A stretch of 64,000 nucleotides of DNA from a virus (Duplodnaviria > Caudoviricetes), in the IMG/VR virus record IMGVR_UViG_3300020331_000002. One strand, 5' to 3'. Every line of letters begins with the position of its first letter. The first letter of the stretch is position 1. Below are positions 10,546 to 19,140 of the stretch, one piece after another. Under the pieces are notes generated by a model. That model was not told the origin of the DNA, did no database searches, and was given only the letters and a program-made list of their open reading frames with translations. The position numbers were made by a program, and so were the translations under genes.

Positions 10546-10854
10546 TTAATCCCAGCCCCAAGGATCCTCCCAGCGCTTGTTAGGTTTGAACTCGTAACAA
10601 GTAGTGGGGTCAATTGCCATTTTGCGACACGCATCGCGTTCATAACAGCGACGGGCGCGATTGTCGTAATGCTTGACGTCGCGCAGATAACCGCGCCAGT
10701 GGCCAATATCACGAGTGTAAGTCCTCATGTAAAACTTTTCGTCAAATTCATAATACCAATGAGAATCAAGACTCTTATTAATTTGACGTTCGATGTGTGC
10801 CTTTAGCTCACCTTTCGTTTTACAGTAATGGCGCTTACGTACAGTTCTAGACAT
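10546..10854 (-). CDS. hypothetical basic protein
   Basis: 102 aa with GGAGG RBS. Confidence 0.7.
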   Translation of the reverse strand: MSRTVRKRHYCKTKGELKAHIERQINKSLDSHWYYEFDEKFYMRTYTRDIGHWRGYLRDVKHYDNRARRCYERDACRKMAIDPTTCYEFKPNKRWEDPWGWD

Positions 10855-10910
10855 AGTGTCCTCCGTTGAAAATTAATTCAACGAAAAACTAGTGCTGGTC
10901 CTAACATAAT

Positions 10911-11261
10911 TTATACCGATTCAGTTGATTCCGGAACAGGGAATGTAGCGTAAAACATGCCGTCGCCTTTAGTCTGTAACTCAGATCCAAGGTCGCTTAG
11001 CTTTACAAATAACCCCGATTCACCGGATATTGTATACGCTGTGATTGTGCGCATAGTAATGCCAAAAAGTTGGCTATGATATTCAAGAGTGCAACGTTGC
11101 GAGCCTGTAACATCAGTTAACATCACTGGCGCCATTTTTACATTAGCGTCCGCTCGTAACGTGGTGCCAATCAAACCGTCTTCGATTACTACTGCCGGGA
11201 AGGCATTTAAGTCGTAATCAATTTGTACTTCTTGCTCTTCCGCTACTACCACTTCTGTCAT
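10911..11261 (-). CDS. hypothetical protein
   Basis: 116 aa. Confidence 0.7.
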   Translation of the reverse strand: MTEVVVAEEQEVQIDYDLNAFPAVVIEDGLIGTTLRADANVKMAPVMLTDVTGSQRCTLEYHSQLFGITMRTITAYTISGESGLFVKLSDLGSELQTKGDGMFYATFPVPESTESV

Positions 11262-11331
11262 GTTAAATCCTACGTGTTTGTTAATGTATAGGTATTTAAC
11301 GTGCGGTACTCAGTGTTGCGTCAAAAAGTAC

Positions 11332-11580
11332 TCATTTTTTTCGCTTGCGTGCCTTACTGCGTACAGCCTGGTAATAAGATCTTTCATCTTCCTTACTGTC
11401 AAATACTGTACGGTAGCCGAATCCGCGAGTCGAAGCAGTCATTTTGCCGTTATATTTGGCAAGATTACGCGCTTTTGCGCGTAACCTAGCATATTGCTTT
11501 CTGCCTGCATGAGTCCTTATCTCTGGCACAACCGACAATAATATTTGCCGGTTAAACCATTTTCGGATGCGCCTTAGCAC
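11332..11580 (-). CDS. hypothetical basic protein
   Basis: 82 aa, GTG start overlapping upstream stop. Confidence 0.6.
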   Translation of the reverse strand: MLRRIRKWFNRQILLSVVPEIRTHAGRKQYARLRAKARNLAKYNGKMTASTRGFGYRTVFDSKEDERSYYQAVRSKARKRKK

Positions 11581-11750
11581 TAAAACTCTCGTGAGCGATC
11601 AGTCAAAATGATAATCGCATCAGGGTCAGCAAGCTCTGGTTTAGACTCACGACCACTTACAAATTGCATCTCATTGACACGGCGCAAATAATCCGGCTTG
11701 TCTACATGAGAGTTGATTTCGCTTATTAAGTCGTCGAGTAATTGATCCAT
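11580..11750 (-). CDS. hypothetical protein (56 aa, MDQLLDDL...)
   Basis: Manually translated; below ORF-track cutoff. Confidence 0.55.
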   Translation of the reverse strand: MDQLLDDLISEINSHVDKPDYLRRVNEMQFVSGRESKPELADPDAIIILTDRSREF

Positions 11751-11768
11751 TTGCCTAAACCCTTAAAG

Positions 11769-11968
11769 TGGTGCCCGGCTTCATTTCATGTATTCTATCC
11801 ACTAACATCAAAGCCTCCAAGCGCTATGACTAGTATTAGCAACTAACGCAAACCCAGCCCGTAAGCACTATGTTTTCTATTATATTCCACAGTCAATTCA
11901 CTACTCGGGGTAGAGCGTACTAAACATTTAATGATCGTCGTGGACGGGCAGTTGTAAACCCGCCGGGC
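11769..11968 (-). ncRNA. putative 200-nt RNA closed by tRNA-like acceptor stem with ACCA end
   Basis: 5' GCCCGGC pairs with 3' GCCGGGC followed by ACCA; ORF-free; internal CCCGU/ACGGG helix. Confidence 0.45.
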
Positions 11969-12021
11969 GTTGTTAATTAAGCCGTGATTGTAACAAACCA
12001 AATCACACTTGCAAGGTGTTT

Positions 12022-12252
12022 TTAAGAAATCTTGTATTTCAATATCTTGTCTAAGTGAGCACTCATTTGGTTATAAGCTTTGACACTAATGCCGTCGGTG
12101 TTATTGCCGATCGCATCGTCAAGCGCCTTTATTGCTAAGCCTAGCTCAACAGGCACACCAAGCCTTGACGCTTGCGCTTGTCTTTTTGCTGCTAATTCTT
12201 CCGCAGCTTCATCCGCTTGCTTGTCGTGCCAATATTGTTGTCCTGAACTCAT
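12022..12252 (-). CDS. hypothetical protein
   Basis: 76 aa. Confidence 0.65.
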   Translation of the reverse strand: MSSGQQYWHDKQADEAAEELAAKRQAQASRLGVPVELGLAIKALDDAIGNNTDGISVKAYNQMSAHLDKILKYKIS

Positions 12253-12256
12253 AAGC

Positions 12257-12532
12257 TCATCCTCTTAGTATATCATTCACTTTCATTGTTTTGACTTTAC
12301 CGCGTCTTTCGTAGAGTATAGTCTTCACGCCTATTTCTTGCAGTAATTTGACACACTCTTCATATGCTTCACGCGTTAGGTTCTCGCCATGTGCGCCTGA
12401 AATATACACGGTCGTATCCGATATATGCTGTATTGTAAAAATACCAGTATATGGTTTACGATCTTCATATCCGTCGGAATCCTCGTATACCCTAATTTGG
12501 CTGACTATTCTGCTTAAATGTGCGCCGTACAT
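12257..12532 (-). CDS. hypothetical protein
   Basis: 91 aa. Confidence 0.65.
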   Translation of the reverse strand: MYGAHLSRIVSQIRVYEDSDGYEDRKPYTGIFTIQHISDTTVYISGAHGENLTREAYEECVKLLQEIGVKTILYERRGKVKTMKVNDILRG

Positions 12533-12564
12533 AAAATATCTCCTATTATAGAGATATTTACCGG

Positions 12565-12804
12565 TTACTCACTCGGGTTCCAAATCCAGAGCATTACTTT
12601 TTTGGAAGCCTTGTATTCAGTCCAGCCTTTTGGTATATCACCAACTCTGCCATTTTTACGCGCTTCGGATGTTGACTTTACCACCTTTAACTCTTTCAAC
12701 AAGTTAGGTATTGGCATATCATCTACAAAGATAACTTCTTCGTCACCGTACAAGATGTCGAGATCGTTTTGTGTCCACGGACTTGATCTTACTACTACAT
12801 TCAT
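12565..12804 (-). CDS. S4-like RNA-binding mini-protein (resembles TyrRS C-terminal domain)
   Basis: LLKELKVVKSTSEARKNG pattern typical of S4 domains. Confidence 0.55.
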   Translation of the reverse strand: MNVVVRSSPWTQNDLDILYGDEEVIFVDDMPIPNLLKELKVVKSTSEARKNGRVGDIPKGWTEYKASKKVMLWIWNPSE

Positions 12805-13133
12805 TGATTCATGCGCCTAAAGTGTTTGGCTAAGCTGCGAGTCCTGCACTCTGACAGGTAGCGTCTCAGTTTTGATACTTTTACATGGAACAAATTAGCG
12901 GCCTCGGAATCAGTACAGTCGTGTTCGTTAAGATACTTGGCTGCTCTGCGTACTGCATTACAGTGACGTCTGTACTGCCGTGCCACTTCTTTTTCGGTAT
13001 GATTAAACTTTTCGGCGATGCTTTTTGAGCACGTAACTACCACAGGATCAGAATCGTTTAAGATTGAAATACCTGTTGTGCTCAATACCAGGCGTTCCAT
13101 TTCCCTGTTTGCTTGGTAATATTTTCCTGGCAT
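12801..13133 (-). CDS. hypothetical protein, possible HTH
   Basis: 110 aa; SEAANLFHVKVSKLRRYL resembles an HTH. Confidence 0.6.
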   Translation of the reverse strand: MPGKYYQANREMERLVLSTTGISILNDSDPVVVTCSKSIAEKFNHTEKEVARQYRRHCNAVRRAAKYLNEHDCTDSEAANLFHVKVSKLRRYLSECRTRSLAKHFRRMNQ

Positions 13134-13146
13134 ACATCCTCCGTGT

Positions 13147-13401
13147 TTACTTCACGCCCATTATGCCCTCGATTTCTTTCTTAGACATCATGACATATGT
13201 GTTGTCAATTACTTTGCACCACTTGCCGTTGATTTTGGTAGCCACCTCACTGCGGTATTGATTACAGCAAGGATCGTGACCATCAGGGAATCGTGCATTA
13301 AGGCTCACTTTTTCACGATCATGTGGATACGTTGAAGCGTGGTAAACCTCGCCTCGTTTAATCCCTAGTCTCGTGTCGTTTTTCAAAATCATTACTTCCA
13401 C
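13147..13401 (-). CDS. hypothetical protein
   Basis: 84 aa. Confidence 0.65.
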   Translation of the reverse strand: MEVMILKNDTRLGIKRGEVYHASTYPHDREKVSLNARFPDGHDPCCNQYRSEVATKINGKWCKVIDNTYVMMSKKEIEGIMGVK

Positions 13402-13669
13402 TGGGTATTCCTTTTTCTAGAGCTTGTATTTCGCCGGTGTCGGTGTCTAATACGTAGACAAATACACGGCAGTATGAACGTATTGTTTCGTCACGGCATT
13501 GTTTACGGTCTGTAAGTGAATCTAACCGCTCGCATCCTGACAATATGGTGTTGAATGCAACGCGGTCTTCTCCGACCACATCAGTACAATCGTGTTCAGT
13601 AAATGGATGGAATCGGGAACAACCGGCGATAAACAATAATGGGACTAACACGCTGAATAGTTTTCTCAT
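13358..13669 (-). CDS. putative lipoprotein
   Basis: Start re-called at 13669 (MRKLFSVLVPLLFIAGC lipobox). Confidence 0.65.
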   Translation of the reverse strand: MRKLFSVLVPLLFIAGCSRFHPFTEHDCTDVVGEDRVAFNTILSGCERLDSLTDRKQCRDETIRSYCRVFVYVLDTDTGEIQALEKGIPSGSNDFEKRHETRD

Positions 13670-13856
13670 ACTTCGCTGCTCCGTTATGAATAAGGCCCGG
13701 GCGCTTTGAGCAGAACAGACGGCCAGTGCTGTATCTACCCATAACGCCCTTGAAGGCATAGAATCATCCCTCTATATGTTTTTTGCGCACGGCATACGCG
13801 CCGCGGTGGGATTCGCACCCAAATGAAACATGCCAACCAATTTAACTGGTTGAAAA

Positions 13857-13980
13857 GGGTGGAGAGCAAGGAATTGAACCTCATCTTCCGGCTTGGGCTG
13901 AATGAAAACATGCTGTTAGAATACTAATACAGTATTCGTTATTTTCGTGGCCGGCGTGCAACCGTTACACTTTCTCTCCA
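13857..13980 (-). ncRNA. tRNA-like RNA with 50-nt insert in anticodon loop carrying the UAACAGCA module
   Basis: Acceptor UGGAGAG/CUCUCCA, D arm GUG/CAC with GG, AC stem CCGGC/GCCGG, T arm with UUCAAUU loop; 57-nt loop instead of 7. Confidence 0.8.
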
Positions 13981-13999
13981 TATTCGCTATTATACATTT

Positions 14000-14239
14000 T
14001 TACTTGTCGGCGTCAAGTAGTTTTAGCAAATTTTTAAAAAGTTCTGGGTCTAGTCGTGGGGTTGGTGCAGTGGTTGGTGCTGGCGCGACGCGCACAAACT
14101 CGGCTTCTTTATCTCGTTTGCATGTCATGACACATCCGCATGTCATATCAAAAGCAGACTCGCCGAAGCCGTGACTCACTAAGTCTTCTATTTCGGTGAC
14201 GCAGTTGCAATTGGTGCATATTATCAGTTTATCAGACAT
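14000..14239 (-). CDS. small Cys-rich (Zn-binding) protein
   Basis: CTNC...CGC motifs. Confidence 0.6.
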   Translation of the reverse strand: MSDKLIICTNCNCVTEIEDLVSHGFGESAFDMTCGCVMTCKRDKEAEFVRVAPAPTTAPTPRLDPELFKNLLKLLDADK

Positions 14240-14288
14240 TATAGTTGCTCATATAACAGACAGGCTAAAGGTATCGCGGATAGCAGGG

Positions 14289-14660
14289 CTAAAGGTACTC
14301 TATGTCTATTACCTTAGCACTAGGCACGGTGAACTCGGTCTCGCGATCAGTTATATTACCGAAAATGATATCGTTTGGGTTGAACTCAAACGTTACCAAA
14401 ATTTCTTCTTCTGCTAGGCCGCTGTAATAGTCAAGCACATAATCACGGTCAAGTGACATATAAATGCCATTACCGGGCATTCGCATTGTGTCGCCTTTCT
14501 TTATATCAAGTACGATACGATTGTTAGCGCCTGCGACTACCTTACCGTTTTCTATGGCCATAACTTTATAGCCGGTCATTGTTTGTTCTCCAGCAATGTT
14601 TTCGGCCATGCTGCGCAGTGCAGCTGACAGATCATCCTGAAAAAGTTCATCTAAAATCAT
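14289..14660 (-). CDS. hypothetical protein (late)
   Basis: 123 aa, TAAATA upstream at 14685-14690. Confidence 0.7.
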   Translation of the reverse strand: MILDELFQDDLSAALRSMAENIAGEQTMTGYKVMAIENGKVVAGANNRIVLDIKKGDTMRMPGNGIYMSLDRDYVLDYYSGLAEEEILVTFEFNPNDIIFGNITDRETEFTVPSAKVIDIEYL

Positions 14661-14711
14661 ACAAGTCCCCGTTAGTTGTTACACTATTTATATGATTTTA
14701 GTTGAACGCTT

Positions 14712-14969
14712 TCAATCCTGTGCGGGAAAGCGAACAGCTACCTGGTTACCGTTTGTGTCAATGCCATTGGCAGTCCAGGTCTTGTTAATATGATTTTGAC
14801 GCACCATAGCAGTCAATGTCACAGATTCACCGGTAGTGAACTCTACGAACATCTTACACATATGGGTGTCAACGAATTGCAGATCATCAAAGTCCACAGA
14901 TGCGACAACGCGGGTGTCATACCCGCGATATCGTTTACTAAACCATTTGAGTGTTATTACTTCCATCAA
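14712..14969 (-). CDS. hypothetical protein
   Basis: 85 aa. Confidence 0.65.
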   Translation of the reverse strand: MMEVITLKWFSKRYRGYDTRVVASVDFDDLQFVDTHMCKMFVEFTTGESVTLTAMVRQNHINKTWTANGIDTNGNQVAVRFPAQD

Positions 14970-15343
14970 CCTCTCGCTTGTTTCATTGCTTCAATATCAT
15001 CTTCATCGTACAAATACGCATCACCAACAGCGTCGTGAGCTGGGCTACCGTAACGCGGCGCCACACTGTACCATAAATCTGAACGATGTAATTTAGGATA
15101 GCGACCTTCAGAAATTTTATGGCGCATAATTTCTAAGCGCTCACGTTGCAAGTCTAAATCTTCACTTGCCGCTACGTGACGATAACGCTTACCGTTGAAT
15201 AGTTCAACTTGAAAATAATAAACATCAACAATGACGTTGTCACCGTCTTCAGTGTAATGACCGGCTTTGTATTGCTGATCAGAAACAATCTCAAGCGAAT
15301 GTATTTGAACGCCTTCTAGGGCCTTAGTGTACTGGTCTGTCAT
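14966..15343 (-). CDS. hypothetical protein (early)
   Basis: 125 aa after early promoter. Confidence 0.75.
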   Translation of the reverse strand: MTDQYTKALEGVQIHSLEIVSDQQYKAGHYTEDGDNVIVDVYYFQVELFNGKRYRHVAASEDLDLQRERLEIMRHKISEGRYPKLHRSDLWYSVAPRYGSPAHDAVGDAYLYDEDDIEAMKQARG

Positions 15344-15377
15344 ATCGTTTTACCTTGTTTGTTAGCTTACAATAGAT

Positions 15378-15420
15378 ATGATAGCGCCTTGAGCGTCAAT
15401 GTCAAGGCCTTTTTGAAGAA
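15378..15420 (-). promoter_or_regulatory. phage early promoter (conserved class)
   Basis: TTCAAAAAGGCC-TTGACA-TTGACGCTCAAGGCGC-TATCAT. Confidence 0.75.
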
Positions 15421-15430
15421 AAATTAAAAA

Positions 15431-15628
15431 TTATTTCGGTAAACGGTCGAGCACTTCTTTTGCTGCTTCGTCCATCCTCGCATCTAGCAGGTTTGAGATT
15501 TCGTTCATGTAACCCAAGCGCAGATTAACGTCGTGGCCGTCGCAGTCGTTTTCAATGTAACGAAAGCGTTCTTCGTGTAGTTGCTCAGTTGTCATTGTTT
15601 GTAACTTTTCTAGTGCTTTGTTTTTCAT
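15431..15628 (-). CDS. hypothetical protein
   Basis: 65 aa with GAGG RBS. Confidence 0.65.
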   Translation of the reverse strand: MKNKALEKLQTMTTEQLHEERFRYIENDCDGHDVNLRLGYMNEISNLLDARMDEAAKEVLDRLPK

Positions 15629-15676
15629 GATATTACCTCATTAATTGGGAGGAAGGAAGGGTTGTCAAAACAACCC

Positions 15677-15949
15677 TTAGCGCAAGTAAGTTTGCTTCAA
15701 ACTGTCAATCCAGTTTGTCATGCTTACTAGTTGCTTCTGAGTCATGCGCTCAGTGCCTGCCAATTCAAGCACCTCGTCTAACATGTAACCAATTTGGTCA
15801 CTGTTAGCGTAGTAAGGGTTATTTTTGCTCAACACATAGCCAGTGTTGCGAGTACGGCGTTTAACAAAAGCTTTTAGGTCAGCCACAGTGTGCTTCGGCT
15901 TTTCAATCAACGCTAAATGTTCTTTTTTAATGCTGCTCAAAGTGTTCAT
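15677..15949 (-). CDS. hypothetical protein (early)
   Basis: 90 aa after early promoter. Confidence 0.7.
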   Translation of the reverse strand: MNTLSSIKKEHLALIEKPKHTVADLKAFVKRRTRNTGYVLSKNNPYYANSDQIGYMLDEVLELAGTERMTQKQLVSMTNWIDSLKQTYLR

Positions 15950-15990
15950 AGTGTCTTACCTTTGTTTGTTAAATGTCGTCTTCAGTATCT

Positions 15991-16040
15991 ATATTACTAC
16001 CTTGACGACCAAAGTCAACACCTGTTTGAAAAAATTTCAA
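15991..16040 (-). promoter_or_regulatory. phage early promoter (conserved class)
   Basis: TTTTTTCAAACAGGTG-TTGACT-TTGGTCGTCAAGGTAG-TAATAT. Confidence 0.75.
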
Positions 16041-16053
16041 TTATTTTTCGACA

Positions 16054-16497
16054 CTACTTTAGAAAGCTTTTTGCCATTAAGCTACCAGCAGGAATAATAA
16101 TATAGTACACCGCGTTGTCACCGTGTCCCATTTCATTCCAGAAAAACAGCACGTAATCACCTGAGTTTACTTCCTGGATTACTAACGACTCACCGTGCAT
16201 GTCATTAATGCTGAACGGATCCGTAGCGGAGTCGTATTGCACGGGCGATGATATAAATTCAAGGCCCTCTCGCTCTACGCCAATTAAATCAGCTATCACT
16301 GACTCGTCAGAGTCAACAATATAAAGGTAGAAGCTTTCTACGCCGGGATCAAGGTTTATGATACCGTTACATAGCACGTTCGACACCATACCGGGCGGGA
16401 TAGGGGTATGTAAAACAGAGCCGGGGCGTATAAAAGAAAGTGACGAAAGTCCTGATCTAACAATGCCATCAACGGTGTTTGCGATTAACTGTGTCAT
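16054..16497 (-). CDS. hypothetical protein
   Basis: 147 aa. Confidence 0.7.
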   Translation of the reverse strand: MTQLIANTVDGIVRSGLSSLSFIRPGSVLHTPIPPGMVSNVLCNGIINLDPGVESFYLYIVDSDESVIADLIGVEREGLEFISSPVQYDSATDPFSINDMHGESLVIQEVNSGDYVLFFWNEMGHGDNAVYYIIIPAGSLMAKSFLK

Positions 16498-16559
16498 AAT
16501 ATTACCCTTGTTATAAAAAAGTTCAAAGATAATATTACATATATGAGGTTTGAACGCAA

Positions 16560-16718
16560 GACTATTCGCGAGTTGCCTTGCCGGTCATTTCTTTCTACCT
16601 TCTAGTTGCCATTTAGTAAGGCTGACCCCGGACCTTCCCCTAACTAAGTTAGGCTAGCTGGTTAAGTAGCTGGCTAGGCTCCACAGCACATACGGCCCCA
16701 GTTTGTCGCGATCCGGTC
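16560..16718 (-). ncRNA. putative structured RNA (~160 nt)
   Basis: ORF-free; nested helices UCGCGA/UCGCGA, GCCUAGCC/GGCAAGGC, CUAAC/GUUAG, GGUCA/UGACC. Confidence 0.45.
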
Positions 16719-16726
16719 TTTTTCGT

Positions 16727-16978
16727 TTAATCTTTGGTTGTCTTTTCAACATCCTCGATGTTCTGCATTACATCTTGCCTAAATGCTTTATACGCGCTCG
16801 CTAGCACATCAGGCCGCGTTAACCCGATCCACCACGACATGATGTTATTGATTCTATTCGAATCGTCAGAGGGAGCCTGCGGCGTTTTAAACCAATGGAA
16901 TACAGTTAGCATACCCAACAGTGTGAAGAATATACCACTAACCGAGAGTAAAAACAAAAATAGTGACAGAATCATAGA
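16727..16978 (-). CDS. small membrane protein
   Basis: Start re-called at MILSLF (GGAGG RBS); TM helix. Confidence 0.65.
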   Translation of the reverse strand, partial: SMILSLFLFLLSVSGIFFTLLGMLTVFHWFKTPQAPSDDSNRINNIMSWWIGLTRPDVLASAYKAFRQDVMQNIEDVEKTTKD

Positions 16979-16991
16979 ACCTCCTTTTCTT

Positions 16992-17486
16992 TTATTTACT
17001 GTCACCAAGCGCGGAGTTTATCAGTTCTGCCTCGCCGCTTAAAACGATGTCAAATTCAGCTTGCGCTTTCTTGAAAGCTCGCTTCTTTTTCTCTTTGAGC
17101 GCGGATATTTCGTCAGCATAGACATTGATAAAGTGTGCTTTGCCTTCCGTGTTCAAGAAGTTCCATAAGTAGAAGACTGACACAAAATCATTATACGGGT
17201 TGTCAAGCTTTGCGCGTATTACCTGTACTGTATTAAAGTACTCAACACCGCCGAGATCGTATACGCGAGCTCCGGTGATTTCGATATTATAATCTTTATT
17301 TTCGTGACGAGTCCAGCCATTACTTTTGCCAAGAAAATCACCCTCGACTTCAGTAAACTCGATATCAAAATATGACATGAATGTTTTCATTTCAATACGA
17401 GTCGGCTTCTTGAAATTGATTGTATTCCTATCAACAGCACCGGCGATAGTCTCAATACCAGGCGATAGGCTAAAAGCTTCTTTCAT
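16992..17486 (-). CDS. hypothetical protein
   Basis: 164 aa. Confidence 0.7.
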   Translation of the reverse strand: MKEAFSLSPGIETIAGAVDRNTINFKKPTRIEMKTFMSYFDIEFTEVEGDFLGKSNGWTRHENKDYNIEITGARVYDLGGVEYFNTVQVIRAKLDNPYNDFVSVFYLWNFLNTEGKAHFINVYADEISALKEKKKRAFKKAQAEFDIVLSGEAELINSALGDSK

Positions 17487-17504
17487 TACTTACTCAATAA
17501 AGGC

Positions 17505-17580
17505 TGGAGCACACTGCGGGATTCGAACCCGCGTATCTGGATTTGCAATCCAGTGCCTATATCCTCTCGGCCAAGCGTGC
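17505..17580 (-). tRNA. tRNA-Cys(GCA)
   Basis: Cloverleaf, AC arm CUGGA-UUGCAAA-UCCAG, U73, CCA. Confidence 0.92.
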
Positions 17581-17587
17581 TCTATGA

Positions 17588-17827
17588 TTAAGAACTAGCA
17601 GATGCAACAAGCGCAACGGCGTCAACTAGTGCAAGGATTTCATTTTCAGTTTTGTTTTCCAAATTTTCAAAACATAGATCCATTGACACACAATCTACGA
17701 ACTGAAGCTCAAATGAGTCAGTCATTGTCGGAATTACACCGACGTGAAACATGATCGGTGCCTTACCGCGAATATGTTTAGTCAATTCGTTAAAGAATTC
17801 TTTCGAAATAATCTTCTTGTTTGGCAT
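17588..17827 (-). CDS. hypothetical protein
   Basis: 79 aa. Confidence 0.6.
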   Translation of the reverse strand: MPNKKIISKEFFNELTKHIRGKAPIMFHVGVIPTMTDSFELQFVDCVSMDLCFENLENKTENEILALVDAVALVASASS

Positions 17828-17835
17828 CTTTTTTC

Positions 17836-18414
17836 CTAGTATGTACTTACGTCTTGAGCGAACTCGTCGCCAAACCCAACCAATAACTCAGTCATGTTTT
17901 GGCAATCAAGATAGTTGGCAGCGTGCACGTCTGCAAATATAGCAACGTCGCCGCGCTCACGGGGCTCTAACATTTCTGTCGACTTAACTAAAGTTTCGAC
18001 GTCCATTTCATAGTGTGCTTTAATATACGCGCCGTTTACAATGCTTCCTAAGCGCTGGCCATCGGCGTTGCCGCCATATAACATGAATTCTTCAGCGACG
18101 TAGTTACCTACGGGCATCGAGAAAGACTCACTATCGATTACTGCAATACGGTATTCGCCGATTTCGCATACTAGCAGACCGTTCAAGCCGTTCAGGCCTT
18201 CGTGCTTTGCTAGATCAGCCGGGTCGAGCATAGATATAACTTCGTCTATGTGTTCTTGGCTTTCGCATAGTGCAAGGCTTGTGCCGTCAGCGCCGCTGAT
18301 GTCGAGTGTAAAGCTAGTAGGCGGCTTTACGTTAGGTTGACAGTAATACGTGCCTTTGAGGTCAAGCTTACTGCCTGGATAGTGGATTTCTACCTTGTGT
18401 GGTACGAGTTTCAT
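17836..18414 (-). CDS. hypothetical protein
   Basis: 192 aa with GGAG RBS. Confidence 0.75.
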   Translation of the reverse strand: MKLVPHKVEIHYPGSKLDLKGTYYCQPNVKPPTSFTLDISGADGTSLALCESQEHIDEVISMLDPADLAKHEGLNGLNGLLVCEIGEYRIAVIDSESFSMPVGNYVAEEFMLYGGNADGQRLGSIVNGAYIKAHYEMDVETLVKSTEMLEPRERGDVAIFADVHAANYLDCQNMTELLVGFGDEFAQDVSTY

Positions 18415-18787
18415 GATCGTTCTCCGTTACGTAAAGCCTAATTACTTTACTATGCACAGTGTAGCACCGGATCCAAATCAGTCAACTGTTTTGTGAAAAA
18501 TAAATTATTTCTTTTTCTTCTTTTCTTTTTTGGCTGGCGCTACTTTTTCTTCAACTTTTATTTTAGGTGCGCTAACTGCTTGAGGTTCAATGTTATTTGC
18601 AAACACCGATTCTATTAGTTCAACAAACCATATTCCGTTTTTTCCCATATATCCTCCGTTATTATGATGATGGTGACCCTAGTGAAATTTAAACAAGCTT
18701 GATAGGCAATGTTCGATTCAGAAGGAGACGGTCTTATAAGTATATACTAGAAAATTTCATTAATTACCGGCATGTGGTGTAAAGAAG

Positions 18788-18908
18788 TGGTAGGGAGTGC
18801 AGGACTCGAACCTGCGACCCACGGCTTACAAGGCAATAAGGATATGCTGTTAGAATACTAAAACAGTATTCATGTTTACGTTGCTCTACCCAACTGAGCT
18901 AACTCCCT
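18788..18908 (-). ncRNA. tRNA (UGU anticodon, Lys-like body) interrupted by 44-nt insert carrying the UAACAGCA module
   Basis: Perfect acceptor, D and T arms and CCA; removing 18835-18878 restores ACGGC-CUUGUAA-GCCGU. Confidence 0.85.
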
Positions 18909-19119
18909 AGAAGTTTCTGATGAACTGTCTTAAGTCTTTGACACCTCCACATCCGAGTATTATTAATCCGCCTAGCGGCACTGCGCTAAAAATACCCACA
19001 AGCACGTTAAACGCGAAACAGTATATTATAGCCATTGCCAAACCCACATTAAGGGTCAATATGCCTGCCATCAAAAGCATTGCACAAAAACGGATTAATG
19101 TTTTAAATGTATTTTCCAT
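18907..19119 (-). CDS. small membrane protein
   Basis: 70 aa hydrophobic. Confidence 0.6.
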   Translation of the reverse strand: MENTFKTLIRFCAMLLMAGILTLNVGLAMAIIYCFAFNVLVGIFSAVPLGGLIILGCGGVKDLRQFIRNF

Positions 19120-19140
19120 TTTCTTAGTATGAACCCAAGC

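Noticed and set aside
13789-13850. Additional T-arm-like element (UGGG-UGCGAAU-CCCA with GGCAUG/UAUGCC stem)
   Set aside because: Too short and degenerate, with no CCA or anticodon; kept only as a possible decayed tRNA-like fragment
13893-18878. Group I self-splicing introns in the two interrupted tRNAs
   Set aside because: Inserts are 44-50 nt, far too short for the P3-P9 core, and P7 consensus is absent
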